Assembly (NCBI GenBank): GCA_018304465.1
Contig: JAGVWC010000010.1
Span: forward strand, 160,001 to 224,000
Direction of reading: 5' to 3'
Length of the DNA stretch: 64,000 nucleotides
Source of the DNA: Candidatus Iainarchaeum sp.
Lineage (GTDB): Archaea > Iainarchaeota > Iainarchaeia > Iainarchaeales > JAGVWC01
In this document: piece by piece, positions 1 to 9,584 of the stretch
Position numbering within the stretch: position 1 is the stretch's first letter
Layout: the number at the start of each line of letters is the position of its first letter
Translations under genes and position numbers: made by a program
The notes under the pieces: model-generated
What the model was told of the DNA's origin: nothing
The model's input: the letters and a program-made list of their open reading frames with translations, nothing else
Databases searched by the model: none

Positions 1-555
1 TTGTCCCGCCCAAGCAAAGGCGAAGTCCTCATTAACGGAGACCCGATTTCGCAAATGACCGATTCCGAACTCGCCTTGGTCCGCGGCAAAACCATCGGAT
101 TCGTTTTTCAAAGCTTTAACCTGATTCCCCGACTCACCGCCCTAGAAAACGTCATGTTACCGCTATGGTTTCAGGGAATCGCGCCGAAAGAACGGATCGA
201 ACGCGGTGAAAAAATCCTTTCCGAAGTCGGACTGGAAGAACGCATGCACCACAAACCCAACGAGCTCTCCGGAGGACAACGCCAACGCGTCGCCATTGCC
301 CGCGCGCTTGCAGTCGACCCCGACATCATCGTCGCCGACGAACCCACAGGAAACCTCGATTCGAATTCCGGCGCGCTCATATTGTCTTTAATCGACGAAC
401 TGCATCAGAAACGCGGAAAAACAATTCTTATGGTCACGCACGAACGCTACGTCGCCGAACGCGCCGAACGCATCATTCATATTAAAGACGGAAAAATCGA
501 ACAAAGCGAAGCCGTCAAGAAAAAAACCCAAGAAATTCGGAGGAACTACAAATGA
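1..555 (+). CDS. ABC transporter ATP-binding protein (LolD/MacB-type), 5'-truncated at window edge
   Basis: GFVFQSFNL Q-loop, LSGGQRQR signature, ADEPTGNLD Walker B/D-loop, VTHE H-loop; Walker A lies outside the window. Confidence 0.93.
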   Translation: MSRPSKGEVLINGDPISQMTDSELALVRGKTIGFVFQSFNLIPRLTALENVMLPLWFQGIAPKERIERGEKILSEVGLEERMHHKPNELSGGQRQRVAIARALAVDPDIIVADEPTGNLDSNSGALILSLIDELHQKRGKTILMVTHERYVAERAERIIHIKDGKIEQSEAVKKKTQEIRRNYK

Positions 556-1775
556 ACCAAAAACCCATCGCCATACTTGCGATCCTGCTGCTTTTAACCG
601 TCAATGCCGCGGCAGGCGCAGTCCAGATCAGCACCGTTACCTACACTCCTGCACCCGCGGCACCCGGACAACTCATCACGGTATGGGTCACCCTCAAAAA
701 TAATTCCCAAAACATCGCGCAACAAGTCACGGTCGAACCCCAGCCAGCCTACCCGTTTACGTTAAGCGCGACCGGAAACAACATGCTTTCATTTGACGCC
801 ATCGCTCCGTTCCAAACCGTTACCGGCAAACTCGAAATCGAAATCGACAAACAAGCCTTGAACGGAACATACCCGCTTGAAATCCGAGCTGCGGAAACCG
901 GCGGAATGGGAGGCGTTTCCTCCGTATTACAAATCCGAGTTATTTCATACAAACCCCAGATTGAACTGATCACCGCGGACTTGCCCAGCGTGGAAGCCGG
1001 ACAAACCGTCAACACCATGATCACCATCAAAAACATCGGCAGCTCCGGCGCCATCAACGTATTGGTCGGAACATTCGACAACGCCGCAAGCACCACCACC
1101 AGCACGTTTCCGATCAAAAACATCGGACCCACCTTGATCTACGTGGACGCGCTGGGACCCAACGAAACCAAACAAATCCCGATGATGTTTGGCGTTGACC
1201 CTACGGCCGAACAAAAAACCCATTTGGTTCCCATTACCATCAAATACCAGGACGAAAACCGCTCCGACTTTTCGGTCACCCGATACCTCGGAATGCGCGT
1301 GCAATCGGACGCCGAACTCGACGCATACCTCACGTACGAAGACACCGCCAAACCGACTCCCGGCGCAACGACCGAAATCACCGTCAATCTCTTTAACCGC
1401 GGAGCCGCCACGGCCCGAAACATCGTGGTGCAAGTGGAAGACAGCCCTTCCATCGACATTTTGTCCGAATCCAAAGTCTTCATCGGAACACTCGACCCGG
1501 ACGACTTCGATTCCTTCAAACTCAACGCGCATATCAAAAACGATTTGGCACCGGGAAAAACCTATCCGATTCGACTGCGGTTTGAATTCAAAAACCAGGA
1601 CAACCAAACCCAAGTCATCCAAAAAGACCTCAACCTAAACGTATTCGACGCCAATCTCGCCAACGGCGGCACCCAAACCGGATTCCCATGGGATCTTGTG
1701 GTGATCGTCATCGTACTGGCCGTGATCGGATATTTCGGATACAAACGGTTCTTTGGAAAAAAAACCGGCAAATAA
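552..1775 (+). CDS. COG1361-type S-layer-domain protein (signal peptide, Ig-like repeats, C-terminal TM anchor)
   Basis: N-terminal signal, repeated NxG...A.NI beta modules, IGTLDPDDFDS motif, C-terminal TM plus basic tail; lies between ABC ATPase and permease. Confidence 0.8.
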   Translation: MNQKPIAILAILLLLTVNAAAGAVQISTVTYTPAPAAPGQLITVWVTLKNNSQNIAQQVTVEPQPAYPFTLSATGNNMLSFDAIAPFQTVTGKLEIEIDKQALNGTYPLEIRAAETGGMGGVSSVLQIRVISYKPQIELITADLPSVEAGQTVNTMITIKNIGSSGAINVLVGTFDNAASTTTSTFPIKNIGPTLIYVDALGPNETKQIPMMFGVDPTAEQKTHLVPITIKYQDENRSDFSVTRYLGMRVQSDAELDAYLTYEDTAKPTPGATTEITVNLFNRGAATARNIVVQVEDSPSIDILSESKVFIGTLDPDDFDSFKLNAHIKNDLAPGKTYPIRLRFEFKNQDNQTQVIQKDLNLNVFDANLANGGTQTGFPWDLVVIVIVLAVIGYFGYKRFFGKKTGK

Positions 1776-1796
1776 AATAAAAACGGAAAATCCATT

Positions 1797-3008
1797 ATGG
1801 ATCTCGAAATCCTAAGCGTCGCCATCAATAACCTGCGGCACCAAGGCCTGCGAAGCTACCTGACACTCCTTGGCGTAATCATCGGAATCGCCTCGATTTT
1901 CGCCTTGGTGTCGATCGGCGACGGACTCAACGCGTCCGTTACCGAACAATTCGAAAAACTCGGAAGCAACACGATTTTCATCGCTCCAGGCGGCACGTTT
2001 TCAAGCGGCAGCGGAAGCCCCACCGCCACGGTGACGTTCAAAGACAGCGACATTGCACGCCTTGAAAGTTATCCCGAAGTCAAAAACGTCATTCCTTTTT
2101 TTGCCACAAGCACGGTCGGAAAACACGGAAGCGACCAAACCACCATCAGCATTTTTTCGTACGATCCCGACAAATCCGAATCCCTTGAAGAAACCGGAAC
2201 CATCGAAGTCCAGGAAGGACGCTTGTTCAACAACCAAGACGTGTTCGCCGCCATGGTCGGAGAACAATTCGCCGAAAAAGCGTTTTCGCGCGAAATCGGA
2301 CTCAAAAACATCATTGAAATCAACGGAAAAAAATACAAAATCGTCGGAATCCTAAAACCCTCCAGCCAAAACATCGGCGGCGGAGGCCCCGAAACCAACA
2401 ACACCGTGTGGATACCTGAAAAAGGCGCCCGACAAACATTTCCGAATTACGCGTCCAACTTCATGTTCGCCCAAACCTTCAACAAAGACCAAGTCGCGTC
2501 CGCCAAAGACAAAATCCAGCGCTACTTTGACCGCGTTTACGGAAAAGACCAAACCACCGTGCAAACCAGCGAACAATTACTGGACCAAATCAAACAATTC
2601 CTCGCGATCATCTCCGGCACCCTCATCGTGATCGCGCTCATCTCCCTGATTGTGGGCGGCATCGGCATCATGAACGCCATGGTCATGACGGTCCTGGAAC
2701 GCACCAAAGAAATCGGCACCATGAAAGCGCTTGGCGCCACCAACACCCGCATCATGACCTTATTCTTGCTGGAAGCAGGCCTCATCGGACTCGTCGGCGG
2801 ATTACTCGGAAGCCTGCTTGGATTTCTCATCGGCCAAGGCATGTCCATTGCGGGTCAAGCCGCCGGCATCAATCTCCAAGCCGTGGCCACCCCGGAATTA
2901 TTCCTGTTCGTGCTCGCGTTTTCAATTATTATCGGAATGATTTCCGGTGCCTACCCCGCCTGGCGCGCCTCCAAAATGGATCCCGTCGTCGCGTTGCGAT
3001 ACGAATAA
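1797..3008 (+). CDS. ABC transporter permease (MacB/FtsX family)
   Basis: RSYLTLLGVIIG, GGIGIMNAM..V.ERTKEIG.MKALGA, PAWRASKMDPVVALRYE. Confidence 0.93.
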   Translation: MDLEILSVAINNLRHQGLRSYLTLLGVIIGIASIFALVSIGDGLNASVTEQFEKLGSNTIFIAPGGTFSSGSGSPTATVTFKDSDIARLESYPEVKNVIPFFATSTVGKHGSDQTTISIFSYDPDKSESLEETGTIEVQEGRLFNNQDVFAAMVGEQFAEKAFSREIGLKNIIEINGKKYKIVGILKPSSQNIGGGGPETNNTVWIPEKGARQTFPNYASNFMFAQTFNKDQVASAKDKIQRYFDRVYGKDQTTVQTSEQLLDQIKQFLAIISGTLIVIALISLIVGGIGIMNAMVMTVLERTKEIGTMKALGATNTRIMTLFLLEAGLIGLVGGLLGSLLGFLIGQGMSIAGQAAGINLQAVATPELFLFVLAFSIIIGMISGAYPAWRASKMDPVVALRYE

Positions 3009-3030
3009 CTTTTTAAAACCCGAAGAACCA

Positions 3031-3516
3031 ATGCATACACTCATGGCTTCCACACCGCTTCGAAAAATAAAATTCGGCGATCTTCCGCTTTCCGTTCAAC
3101 ACCAGATTACTCCGATTCTGCAGCACCGCAAAGACACCCGAATCACCACCGCTGCTTTTGCGTTCATCAACACTGCCGCGCTTGGCCGCGCGTTTCTTCC
3201 CAGCACGCCCAAACCCGACGTGGTAGCGCACGTACTCGCCGAAGCCGTCGTATTAGGCGCAAGCCTCAAAGCCTTGCACCATCACAACGAACCCTTCGAA
3301 CTCGAAAAAAAAGGAGTTTTTCACGCGCTTCGAACCACGGACGATCCGAACATCAAAACCCTACTGACCCAATTTCCATTCGTGATCGTTGCCCGAAACG
3401 GCGACTTGATCGGAAAACGATTCAATCCCCGCATCGGATTCGTTCCCATCGGCCGGCGACGCATTCCAACCCGAGAACGCCCCGCCAAAACCCTTCGCCG
3501 AAAACTAAGAAAATAA
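3031..3516 (+). CDS. hypothetical basic protein, tandem paralog 1
   Basis: ATG at 3031; shares FP.IIV....DL.GKRF.PRIGF.PIGRRRIPTR with next ORF. Confidence 0.7.
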   Translation: MHTLMASTPLRKIKFGDLPLSVQHQITPILQHRKDTRITTAAFAFINTAALGRAFLPSTPKPDVVAHVLAEAVVLGASLKALHHHNEPFELEKKGVFHALRTTDDPNIKTLLTQFPFVIVARNGDLIGKRFNPRIGFVPIGRRRIPTRERPAKTLRRKLRK

Positions 3517-3544
3517 ATAGAACAAAGACCCACAGGTTTCAATC

Positions 3545-4066
3545 ATGAAAAAACCGAACAAGCTCTACTTCGAGGACCTGCCGCAGGACATCCGACAATC
3601 CATCCGAGAAATCGTTTCCCACCGGAACCGAATCCGACACTTTACAGACGATTTTTTAGTTATCAGCGGAGTGGCCGGCGGCTTGCTGTACCTCAGCACC
3701 CGTTCGTTTCAAAACGGACATCCCACAACAGGAATCATTACCGGTATTGCCGCGTCAATTCCGGCTAAAATAGTCGGAACCGCCCTTGCGGACCATGAAC
3801 AGGAACATTACCGCGAAGCATTATCGCTCCAGCACCGATTAACTAATTCCACAGACCCGAACGTCCAAGCCTTGTGTCAGCGCTTCCCTTATATCATCGT
3901 GACCAATAGCTTTGATCTGGTCGGAAAACGATTCGCTCCACGCATCGGATTCATCCCCATTGGAAGACGCCGGATTCCGACTCGAAAACCAGTGCCAAAA
4001 CCGAGGCTGCCCTTTCCACGAACAAGACGAAGAATCCGAAAACGGATCCAGAAACGATTCCATTGA
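3545..4066 (+). CDS. hypothetical basic protein, tandem paralog 2
   Basis: Paralog of 3031..3516; two hydrophobic segments and an Arg-rich C-terminus. Confidence 0.75.
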   Translation: MKKPNKLYFEDLPQDIRQSIREIVSHRNRIRHFTDDFLVISGVAGGLLYLSTRSFQNGHPTTGIITGIAASIPAKIVGTALADHEQEHYREALSLQHRLTNSTDPNVQALCQRFPYIIVTNSFDLVGKRFAPRIGFIPIGRRRIPTRKPVPKPRLPFPRTRRRIRKRIQKRFH

Positions 4067-4090
4067 TAAAAAAAAAACAGTAAAAAAAAG

Positions 4091-4168
4091 TGCGGGCCCT
4101 CAGAGTTGAGTTATTTCGTCATCTTCCTTTCGGAATCCAAAGGTGTTAACGTCCGCATTCGGCCCGCA
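4091..4168 (-). ncRNA. candidate box C/D guide sRNA
   Basis: Minus strand: 8-bp terminal stem UGCGGGCC/GGCCCGCA, C-like AUGCGGA, 12-nt guide, D' UGGA, UUCC-GAAA-GGAA hairpin, C' AUGACGA, 12-nt guide, D CUGA; TTAAAAA about 25 nt upstream and U-tracts downstream. Confidence 0.65.
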
Positions 4169-4256
4169 TACAAATTCCCCCCAAACAGGTTTTTAACTGC
4201 ATGCAAAGCCGCATTTTGAATATTCATACAATGCCAAGGAAAAGCGAAAAGGAACA

Positions 4257-4859
4257 TCAGTTTTCTTTTTTTTCGCTTGGAATCGCGACCGAAACCGACA
4301 CCGGCACCTTGGGTGGTTTTCGGATTCCGAGCGTAATTTCGGTTTCTTTGGGATTTATTTTTTTCTTCCGGGCTTTTTTTCTGCGCTTGGGCTTTTTCTT
4401 CAACTGGTCTTTTGGAACGAATTCCAACAAGGTTCCATCCGGAATATCCAAACCGATTTTGGCCACGATCTCGACGCTTCCACGGCTACCGGACGACAAG
4501 CGCTGGGCTTTCTGCAAGCCTTCCTGAATCGCCTTGATCGAAATCAATTCTCCGTTATAGACCGCCACCATGCCTTTTTGCAAGACCCCGGACAAAACCT
4601 TGCCGTTTACCACAAACAAAGGCAAGAGCTTAAACGACGTTGAAACCAAAAAACGGTTTTTTTGACCCGCCAGTGGAACCAACTGTTTTTTTTTCCGTTT
4701 TTGATCCGACGAAACCGCGGTATTCAAATCCGATTCTTCAATCGCTTCTTCCAAAGGGGTTTTTTCGCCTTTTAACACCAAGGATTGCCTGATCTTTTCC
4801 TCGACTTCTTCCGGTGTATACCGATACTTAGGCCGTTTTAAAAAATCCAATAACCCCAT
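4257..4859 (-). CDS. hypothetical protein with translation-factor domain II-like beta-barrel and basic tail
   Basis: VVNGKVLSGVLQKGM...IKAIQ...A..LSSGSRGSV resembles the EF-Tu domain II pattern; start MGLLDFLK. Confidence 0.5.
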   Translation of the reverse strand: MGLLDFLKRPKYRYTPEEVEEKIRQSLVLKGEKTPLEEAIEESDLNTAVSSDQKRKKKQLVPLAGQKNRFLVSTSFKLLPLFVVNGKVLSGVLQKGMVAVYNGELISIKAIQEGLQKAQRLSSGSRGSVEIVAKIGLDIPDGTLLEFVPKDQLKKKPKRRKKARKKKINPKETEITLGIRKPPKVPVSVSVAIPSEKKEN

Positions 4860-5018
4860 CGAAGACCCATACAAAAAACAGTTCCGATCTATATAAACCA
4901 AACGGATCGAAGCGGAAAACGCCTTCCAAAACCCAAAAAAACCCAAAAAAACCGTTAAACCCCGTTTTTTTGAGAATCAAAGATCGAAATCGCAAAAAAA
5001 AGAGGTTCCGAGAACGAC

Positions 5019-5717
5019 TCATTTTCGGGCAAAAACGCATTTTTTTCTCAAAAAACAGGGTTCACACGCCGGCGTGACCCGGCAAAATTCTTTGGCATGA
5101 CGAACAATCAACGCGTGAAAATCCGAAAAAATTTCGGAGTCCGTCGGAACACCTTTCATCAAAAAGGATTGACACGCATCATAATCCATTGTTTTTCCGA
5201 ACACCCGCTGCACCAACCGCCGCGAATACGCATCCACCACGAGCACGGAATGCCCCCCCGCGTACAACAGCATGGAATCCGCGGTTTCAGGACCGATGCC
5301 ATGCAACGAAAGCAATTCTTTTCGAACGATTAACAACGGTCGCGACAACAAGCGTTCCACGGACCCGTGGTTTTTTTTGACGTGACCACAAAACCGTTTC
5401 AAGCGATCCGCTTTCTGATTGAAAAAACCCGCGGAACGAATCAAACCCCCTAATTTTTTCGAATTCATTGCCGACAACGCATCCAGATCCAACACCCGGC
5501 GACGCTTGAGATTGGCCAAAGCTTTTTCGGCATTCGACCACGCGGCATTCTGGGTCAACATCGCCCCGACACAGATTTCAAGGCGCTGCGCCTCGGTCAA
5601 CTCCAGCCGTTTCTTGTACGATGCCGGACCCAAGGGTTCATCCGAAACCGGCCACCAGCCTTGAGCACTAAACCGATGTTGCAGCAAACCAAACAAGGCA
5701 AACGAATCCAAAGACAT
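5019..5717 (-). CDS. HhH-GPD endonuclease III-related DNA glycosylase
   Basis: GAMLTQN, LLSLHGIGPETAD HhH motif, VVDAY, C-terminal C-x6-C-x2-C-x5-C FeS motif. Confidence 0.88.
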   Translation of the reverse strand: MSLDSFALFGLLQHRFSAQGWWPVSDEPLGPASYKKRLELTEAQRLEICVGAMLTQNAAWSNAEKALANLKRRRVLDLDALSAMNSKKLGGLIRSAGFFNQKADRLKRFCGHVKKNHGSVERLLSRPLLIVRKELLSLHGIGPETADSMLLYAGGHSVLVVDAYSRRLVQRVFGKTMDYDACQSFLMKGVPTDSEIFSDFHALIVRHAKEFCRVTPACEPCFLRKKCVFARK

Positions 5718-5751
5718 GCAAAAAAAAGAGTCGAAAAAAATAAATGACAAT

Positions 5752-6489
5752 CTATTCGAGCCGGATGCCGGTTTCCGTGATTTCAAACGGGTGCGCGAAC
5801 AAATCGATTTTGGTCAAACGCATCTTCAAAATCGCAAGCGTTCTGCGAACCGCGGTTCCGACACTGCCGATTCGAAGCAACAAAATACCGTCGCACAAAA
5901 ACTCGCTGATGGTATCCCGCGTCAACCCGCCTTGATTTCCCGGGCTTTCCACGCGCTCGCTGGTCAAGAGAATCGTGGAATTCGATTGGCCCAAGGCCTT
6001 GAAAATGCTTTTCAAACGCAAACGGTTCATGTTCAACGGATCCATCGCAAATACCTTGGACTCTTCCTTAAACGAAAGATTCGACGGCGACACGGGATTA
6101 GAAGTAATCGAATCCAAGGAATCCAAACACACCACATCGTACTGTGAATTCTTCAGTTCCAAAAGCAAAAAATTCACGAGATTCGGATCATCCGCATCCA
6201 GGGACAAAAGCTTTAGGTTCTTGGCTTTTTTGGGATCCCAGCCAAACTGAATCATCTGGCTTTCGATCCGCGAACTATTCTGCTCCAGATTCAAATACAA
6301 GCATTTTTTTCCTTCCATCGCGTTAAAATACAGAATCTGGGAACACAAAATCGATTTTCCCACTCCCGGCGTACCCGCAACCAAAATCACGTGGCCTTTG
6401 GGAAAACCGCCTTGAATCAATTTGTCCATTCCAGGAACAAACGTTTTGACACGCTCAAAAGCATCCGGCACAAAAGCAACCCGTACCAT
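5752..6489 (-). CDS. KaiC/RAD55-family RecA-superfamily ATPase
   Basis: GMDKLIQGGFP, Walker A GTPGVGKS, Walker B VVCLDS, KMR.T C-terminal motif. Confidence 0.88.
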   Translation of the reverse strand: MVRVAFVPDAFERVKTFVPGMDKLIQGGFPKGHVILVAGTPGVGKSILCSQILYFNAMEGKKCLYLNLEQNSSRIESQMIQFGWDPKKAKNLKLLSLDADDPNLVNFLLLELKNSQYDVVCLDSLDSITSNPVSPSNLSFKEESKVFAMDPLNMNRLRLKSIFKALGQSNSTILLTSERVESPGNQGGLTRDTISEFLCDGILLLRIGSVGTAVRRTLAILKMRLTKIDLFAHPFEITETGIRLE

Positions 6490-6533
6490 ACCTAACGCAA
6501 AACGCATATATAAACAATGAGGTTGTTTGTTTC

Positions 6534-6547
6534 ACCGGCAATGCACT
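6534..6547 (+). promoter_or_regulatory. ACCGGCAAnnCAC box (copy in divergent promoter region)
   Basis: ACCGGCAATGCACT, about 20 nt upstream of TTAAAC; matches copies at 8407, 8429 and 10829. Confidence 0.4.
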
Positions 6548-6602
6548 CACTGCGGCGATGGATTAAACAGCTTCTTTTTCCCCAACTATTCCAGGGATAC
6601 GG

Positions 6603-6842
6603 ATGGAGGAAAAAGAAAACATCATCACGCTGGTTTTGATGTCGATTCAAAAACTGGTTTTTCGCGACAAATTGGCAAGCACGTTCGTATTCACTGGCGT
6701 CATCCTGTTGCTAGGCGCGTTTTTTCTGGCGCGATCCGAAATCGGACAAAACATCGGCGCCACGTACATGATGATCACCGGATTGATGCTTGCATTGCTC
6801 GGCTTATACAGCCAACACCCAACCAAGAAAAACAAACGATAA
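6603..6842 (+). CDS. small membrane protein
   Basis: Two TM helices, plausible start. Confidence 0.6.
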   Translation: MEEKENIITLVLMSIQKLVFRDKLASTFVFTGVILLLGAFFLARSEIGQNIGATYMMITGLMLALLGLYSQHPTKKNKR

Positions 6843-6861
6843 AAAAAAGAGATGAATCGAC

Positions 6862-7080
6862 TTAGGAACACGAAACCACAATGTCGCTAAATCGCGATCC
6901 GTCGGGACACCCCTGCGGAAGATCGCAATACTCGATATTGACGGTGCCCCACGGCTTGTCGGAGTCCCGGCAAATTCGAACCGCGGGATTTTCCTGCGTC
7001 GAATACACGTATCCGAAGAAGCCGCCCAACACCAAACCGATCAGCAGCACCAAAACCAACAAAAAACGCACATCCATCAT
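6862..7080 (-). CDS. small membrane-anchored Cys-containing protein
   Basis: N-terminal TM helix followed by a Cys-containing domain. Confidence 0.5.
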   Translation of the reverse strand: MMDVRFLLVLVLLIGLVLGGFFGYVYSTQENPAVRICRDSDKPWGTVNIEYCDLPQGCPDGSRFSDIVVSCS

Positions 7081-7171
7081 GTTGAAAAAAAGCATCTTTA
7101 GGCTTTTAATCGTATCGATGGAAAACAGCCACAAAAAACCATTTAAAATTGTTCGAATCCGAATATGAGCC

Positions 7172-7855
7172 ATGAACAATGCGGAATTAAACAAAAAAAT
7201 GGTCCGCCACAGCCGAACCCTTACGTACATTCTGGCCGCCTTTTTGCTGGTCGCGTTGTTTTTGAAGAATTCTGTTTCAAAAACCACGGATTATTCAAAC
7301 CTTGCCAGTGAACTTGGAATCCTGTCGTTTATCTTCATCAGCCTGGCTTTAAGCGTCACCCCCATCCGAACCTTGTTTCCCGCGTTTGTGTTTAACGGCA
7401 CGATTTTTTTTGCCCGACGCGCGATTGGAGTCTCAAGCTTTGCTTTTGCAGCCCTGCATTTTTCCCTGCAATTCGTTTTTTTCTTCGGAAGCAGTCTTGA
7501 CGCCTTGTTTTTGTTTAACCAAAACGCGTCGAACGCGATTTTTTTCGGAATCGTTTCGGCCTTGATTTTGTTTTTCATGACGATTACGTCCACGGACTGG
7601 GCGGTTGCAAAACTCGGCAAAAACTGGTTTTTGCTTCACCGATTCGTTTACCTTGCGTACCCCCTGATCATTCTCCACGCGGTTCTCATCGGATCCGATT
7701 TCACACGGCTTTCATTTCTCTCAGGAGTGTTCCTGTTGGCGGCCGCGCTTACCATTATTTTGGAAGCCGCGCGACTGAACAAAACTCTTCGGCAAAAAAC
7801 CATTTCCATCAACCCAAAACCCGAACCGGAAAAACCCCCAAAACGAAACCCATAA
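7172..7855 (+). CDS. ferric reductase-like transmembrane protein (MsrQ/YedZ family)
   Basis: LSVTP, RRAIG...A.LH, TS.D...KLG.NW..LHRFVYL....H heme-ligand pattern. Confidence 0.85.
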   Translation: MNNAELNKKMVRHSRTLTYILAAFLLVALFLKNSVSKTTDYSNLASELGILSFIFISLALSVTPIRTLFPAFVFNGTIFFARRAIGVSSFAFAALHFSLQFVFFFGSSLDALFLFNQNASNAIFFGIVSALILFFMTITSTDWAVAKLGKNWFLLHRFVYLAYPLIILHAVLIGSDFTRLSFLSGVFLLAAALTIILEAARLNKTLRQKTISINPKPEPEKPPKRNP

Positions 7856-7868
7856 TAATCCGAAATAC

Positions 7869-8393
7869 GTGATCGATAGAATGACCAAAGCGAATTTTCA
7901 AATCGAGCGCGAACCCATCTGGGCTGGATGGTGCCCTATTCACAGCGGCGTTCCACCCGCGTTTGACGCCGGCGGATACGTGTGCACCAAATGCCGAAAA
8001 ACGGTTTGCGCCGCCTGCATTTACACTACGAACATCGGCATCATCTGCCAAAACTGCGTTCGCACTTCCAAACACGCCGTCACCGAAGCCACGTCGCTTT
8101 ATCCCCAACAAAAAATTTCCGACAAAGACCGCGTCGGAATCGCGCGAATCGAAATCCTGTTGTTTTTGGCCTTGACTGTGGTCGCGGCGGCTATTTCGGT
8201 GCTGAGCGTTTTTAACGAACCCAATCATTTTTTCGTAATACCCATTCTGTACGGCGCCATTGTGACACTCGTGATCGCGTACGCCGCGATGTTCATCAAA
8301 AATTACCTGGATAAAACCAGGGCCAAGGAAATTTCGCTTACGTCGGACGAAAAAAAAGAACTCGAACGCTTGTCCAATCCGAAAAAGAAATGA
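7869..8393 (+). CDS. B-box-type zinc finger membrane protein
   Basis: CPIH...C..C...VC..C.......IC..C, then two TM helices. Confidence 0.7.
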   Translation: MIDRMTKANFQIEREPIWAGWCPIHSGVPPAFDAGGYVCTKCRKTVCAACIYTTNIGIICQNCVRTSKHAVTEATSLYPQQKISDKDRVGIARIEILLFLALTVVAAAISVLSVFNEPNHFFVIPILYGAIVTLVIAYAAMFIKNYLDKTRAKEISLTSDEKKELERLSNPKKK

Positions 8394-8406
8394 TTTTCCG
8401 AAACTG

Positions 8407-8442
8407 ACCGGCAAATCACCCCCGTTTTACCGGCAACACACC
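8407..8442 (+). promoter_or_regulatory. tandem ACCGGCAAnnCACC boxes upstream of the RadA-like/arCOG07300-like operon
   Basis: ACCGGCAAATCACC (8407) and ACCGGCAACACACC (8429), 22-bp period, followed by TTAAAA at 8454. Confidence 0.5.
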
Positions 8443-8494
8443 GCTTCCAAACCTTAAAAGCAACTCGCCGCGTTATCCCTATCCGGGGAAAACA

Positions 8495-9007
8495 ATGGAC
8501 GAAAAAGAACTGATTATTTATTCGAATCCAACGAACGCGAACGCCGCGCACTTCGCATTGATCAAAGCCATCGAAGACGCGCACCACGGATGCGTGTTGT
8601 TTGTCGACTGCATTAACGGGTTTGATCCGTACCAAGTGCTTAAACTCTGCGCAAACCCGCCGCAAGCGCGCCAGATTCTTCACAACGTGCTCGTGTCACG
8701 CCCGTTCACGTTTCATCAGTTCAAACGATTGCTTGACACCGAACTCGCATCCACGTTCGACCGGCACCAGGGACGCGCCGTCATTATTTTGGGTTACACC
8801 AATTTGTTTTTGGATTCCGATGTCGCGGAAGAAGAACGCCTCGCGGTGCTTGGCACCGCCACCAAAAAACTCCACAGCCTCGTGATCGAACACCCGTTGC
8901 CCGTCCAAGTCATGCTCTCCGAAAACGCGTATTCCGAACTCGTACGGGGGTGGCTGGATGGGGCGGACCGTACCGTCGTTTCGACAAGTCGTGGGAAACG
9001 AATATAG
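8495..9007 (+). CDS. degenerate RecA/RadA-like protein of the PolB2 module
   Basis: LFVDC.NGFDPY, VLVSRPFT.HQ, LFLD.DV; no Walker A; context with polB2. Confidence 0.7.
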   Translation: MDEKELIIYSNPTNANAAHFALIKAIEDAHHGCVLFVDCINGFDPYQVLKLCANPPQARQILHNVLVSRPFTFHQFKRLLDTELASTFDRHQGRAVIILGYTNLFLDSDVAEEERLAVLGTATKKLHSLVIEHPLPVQVMLSENAYSELVRGWLDGADRTVVSTSRGKRI

Positions 9008-9197
9008 CACACTGGAAAAATACTGTAAAGCGCTGCGAAAACAAGACGGAGAACTACTTCGCGAATTGATTCTATCCGCACGCATGCACACGCACGCCGC
9101 CGGATACGCGGGCTTTCTGGATCCCATGCAAGCAATACTTCTCGGAATGCTGCTTGAACAAGAGAAAAAAATAAAAGAAATCGAAAAACGGAAATGA
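8958..9197 (+). CDS. small helical PolB2-associated protein (arCOG07300-like)
   Basis: MGRTVPSFR N-terminus, ALRK.D, AR.H..A, P..AILLG.LLEQEK. Confidence 0.75.
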   Translation: MGRTVPSFRQVVGNEYSTLEKYCKALRKQDGELLRELILSARMHTHAAGYAGFLDPMQAILLGMLLEQEKKIKEIEKRK

Positions 9198-9553
9198 TTC
9201 AAGTGAACATCGTTATTCACCGGAAACAAACCCGCTTAGATGGAAGCGCACACGATTTTTTGTTTACGACCGTATATGTCGATGTTTCGGAAAGAAATCC
9301 GCGCCTGGTGGACTTTAGCGTGTCCCAATTCCTTTTTCTTGACCAAAAACACGCGGTGATCCGCTTCGATTGTGCACACGGGTATCTGAATGTCCATCGT
9401 TTTTTTGAATCAAAAACGAATCGCACGGATTACCAGGACCAAGTTCCAAGCGCCGAACTGTATGAGCAATGCAAAAAAGATATTCATTCAAATTGGACGG
9501 AATACCGGGAAAAATACCTAAAAAAATGGAAAACAAAACACCACTTTATATAA
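9194..9553 (+). CDS. putative toxin (RxDxAHG motif; DUF7718/DUF6516-like)
   Basis: VIRFDCAHGYLNVHRF; directly upstream of an HTH partner. Confidence 0.55.
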   Translation: MIQVNIVIHRKQTRLDGSAHDFLFTTVYVDVSERNPRLVDFSVSQFLFLDQKHAVIRFDCAHGYLNVHRFFESKTNRTDYQDQVPSAELYEQCKKDIHSNWTEYREKYLKKWKTKHHFI

Positions 9554-9584
9554 CATTAGGAGTTATATTATGTGCGGGCTTGAA

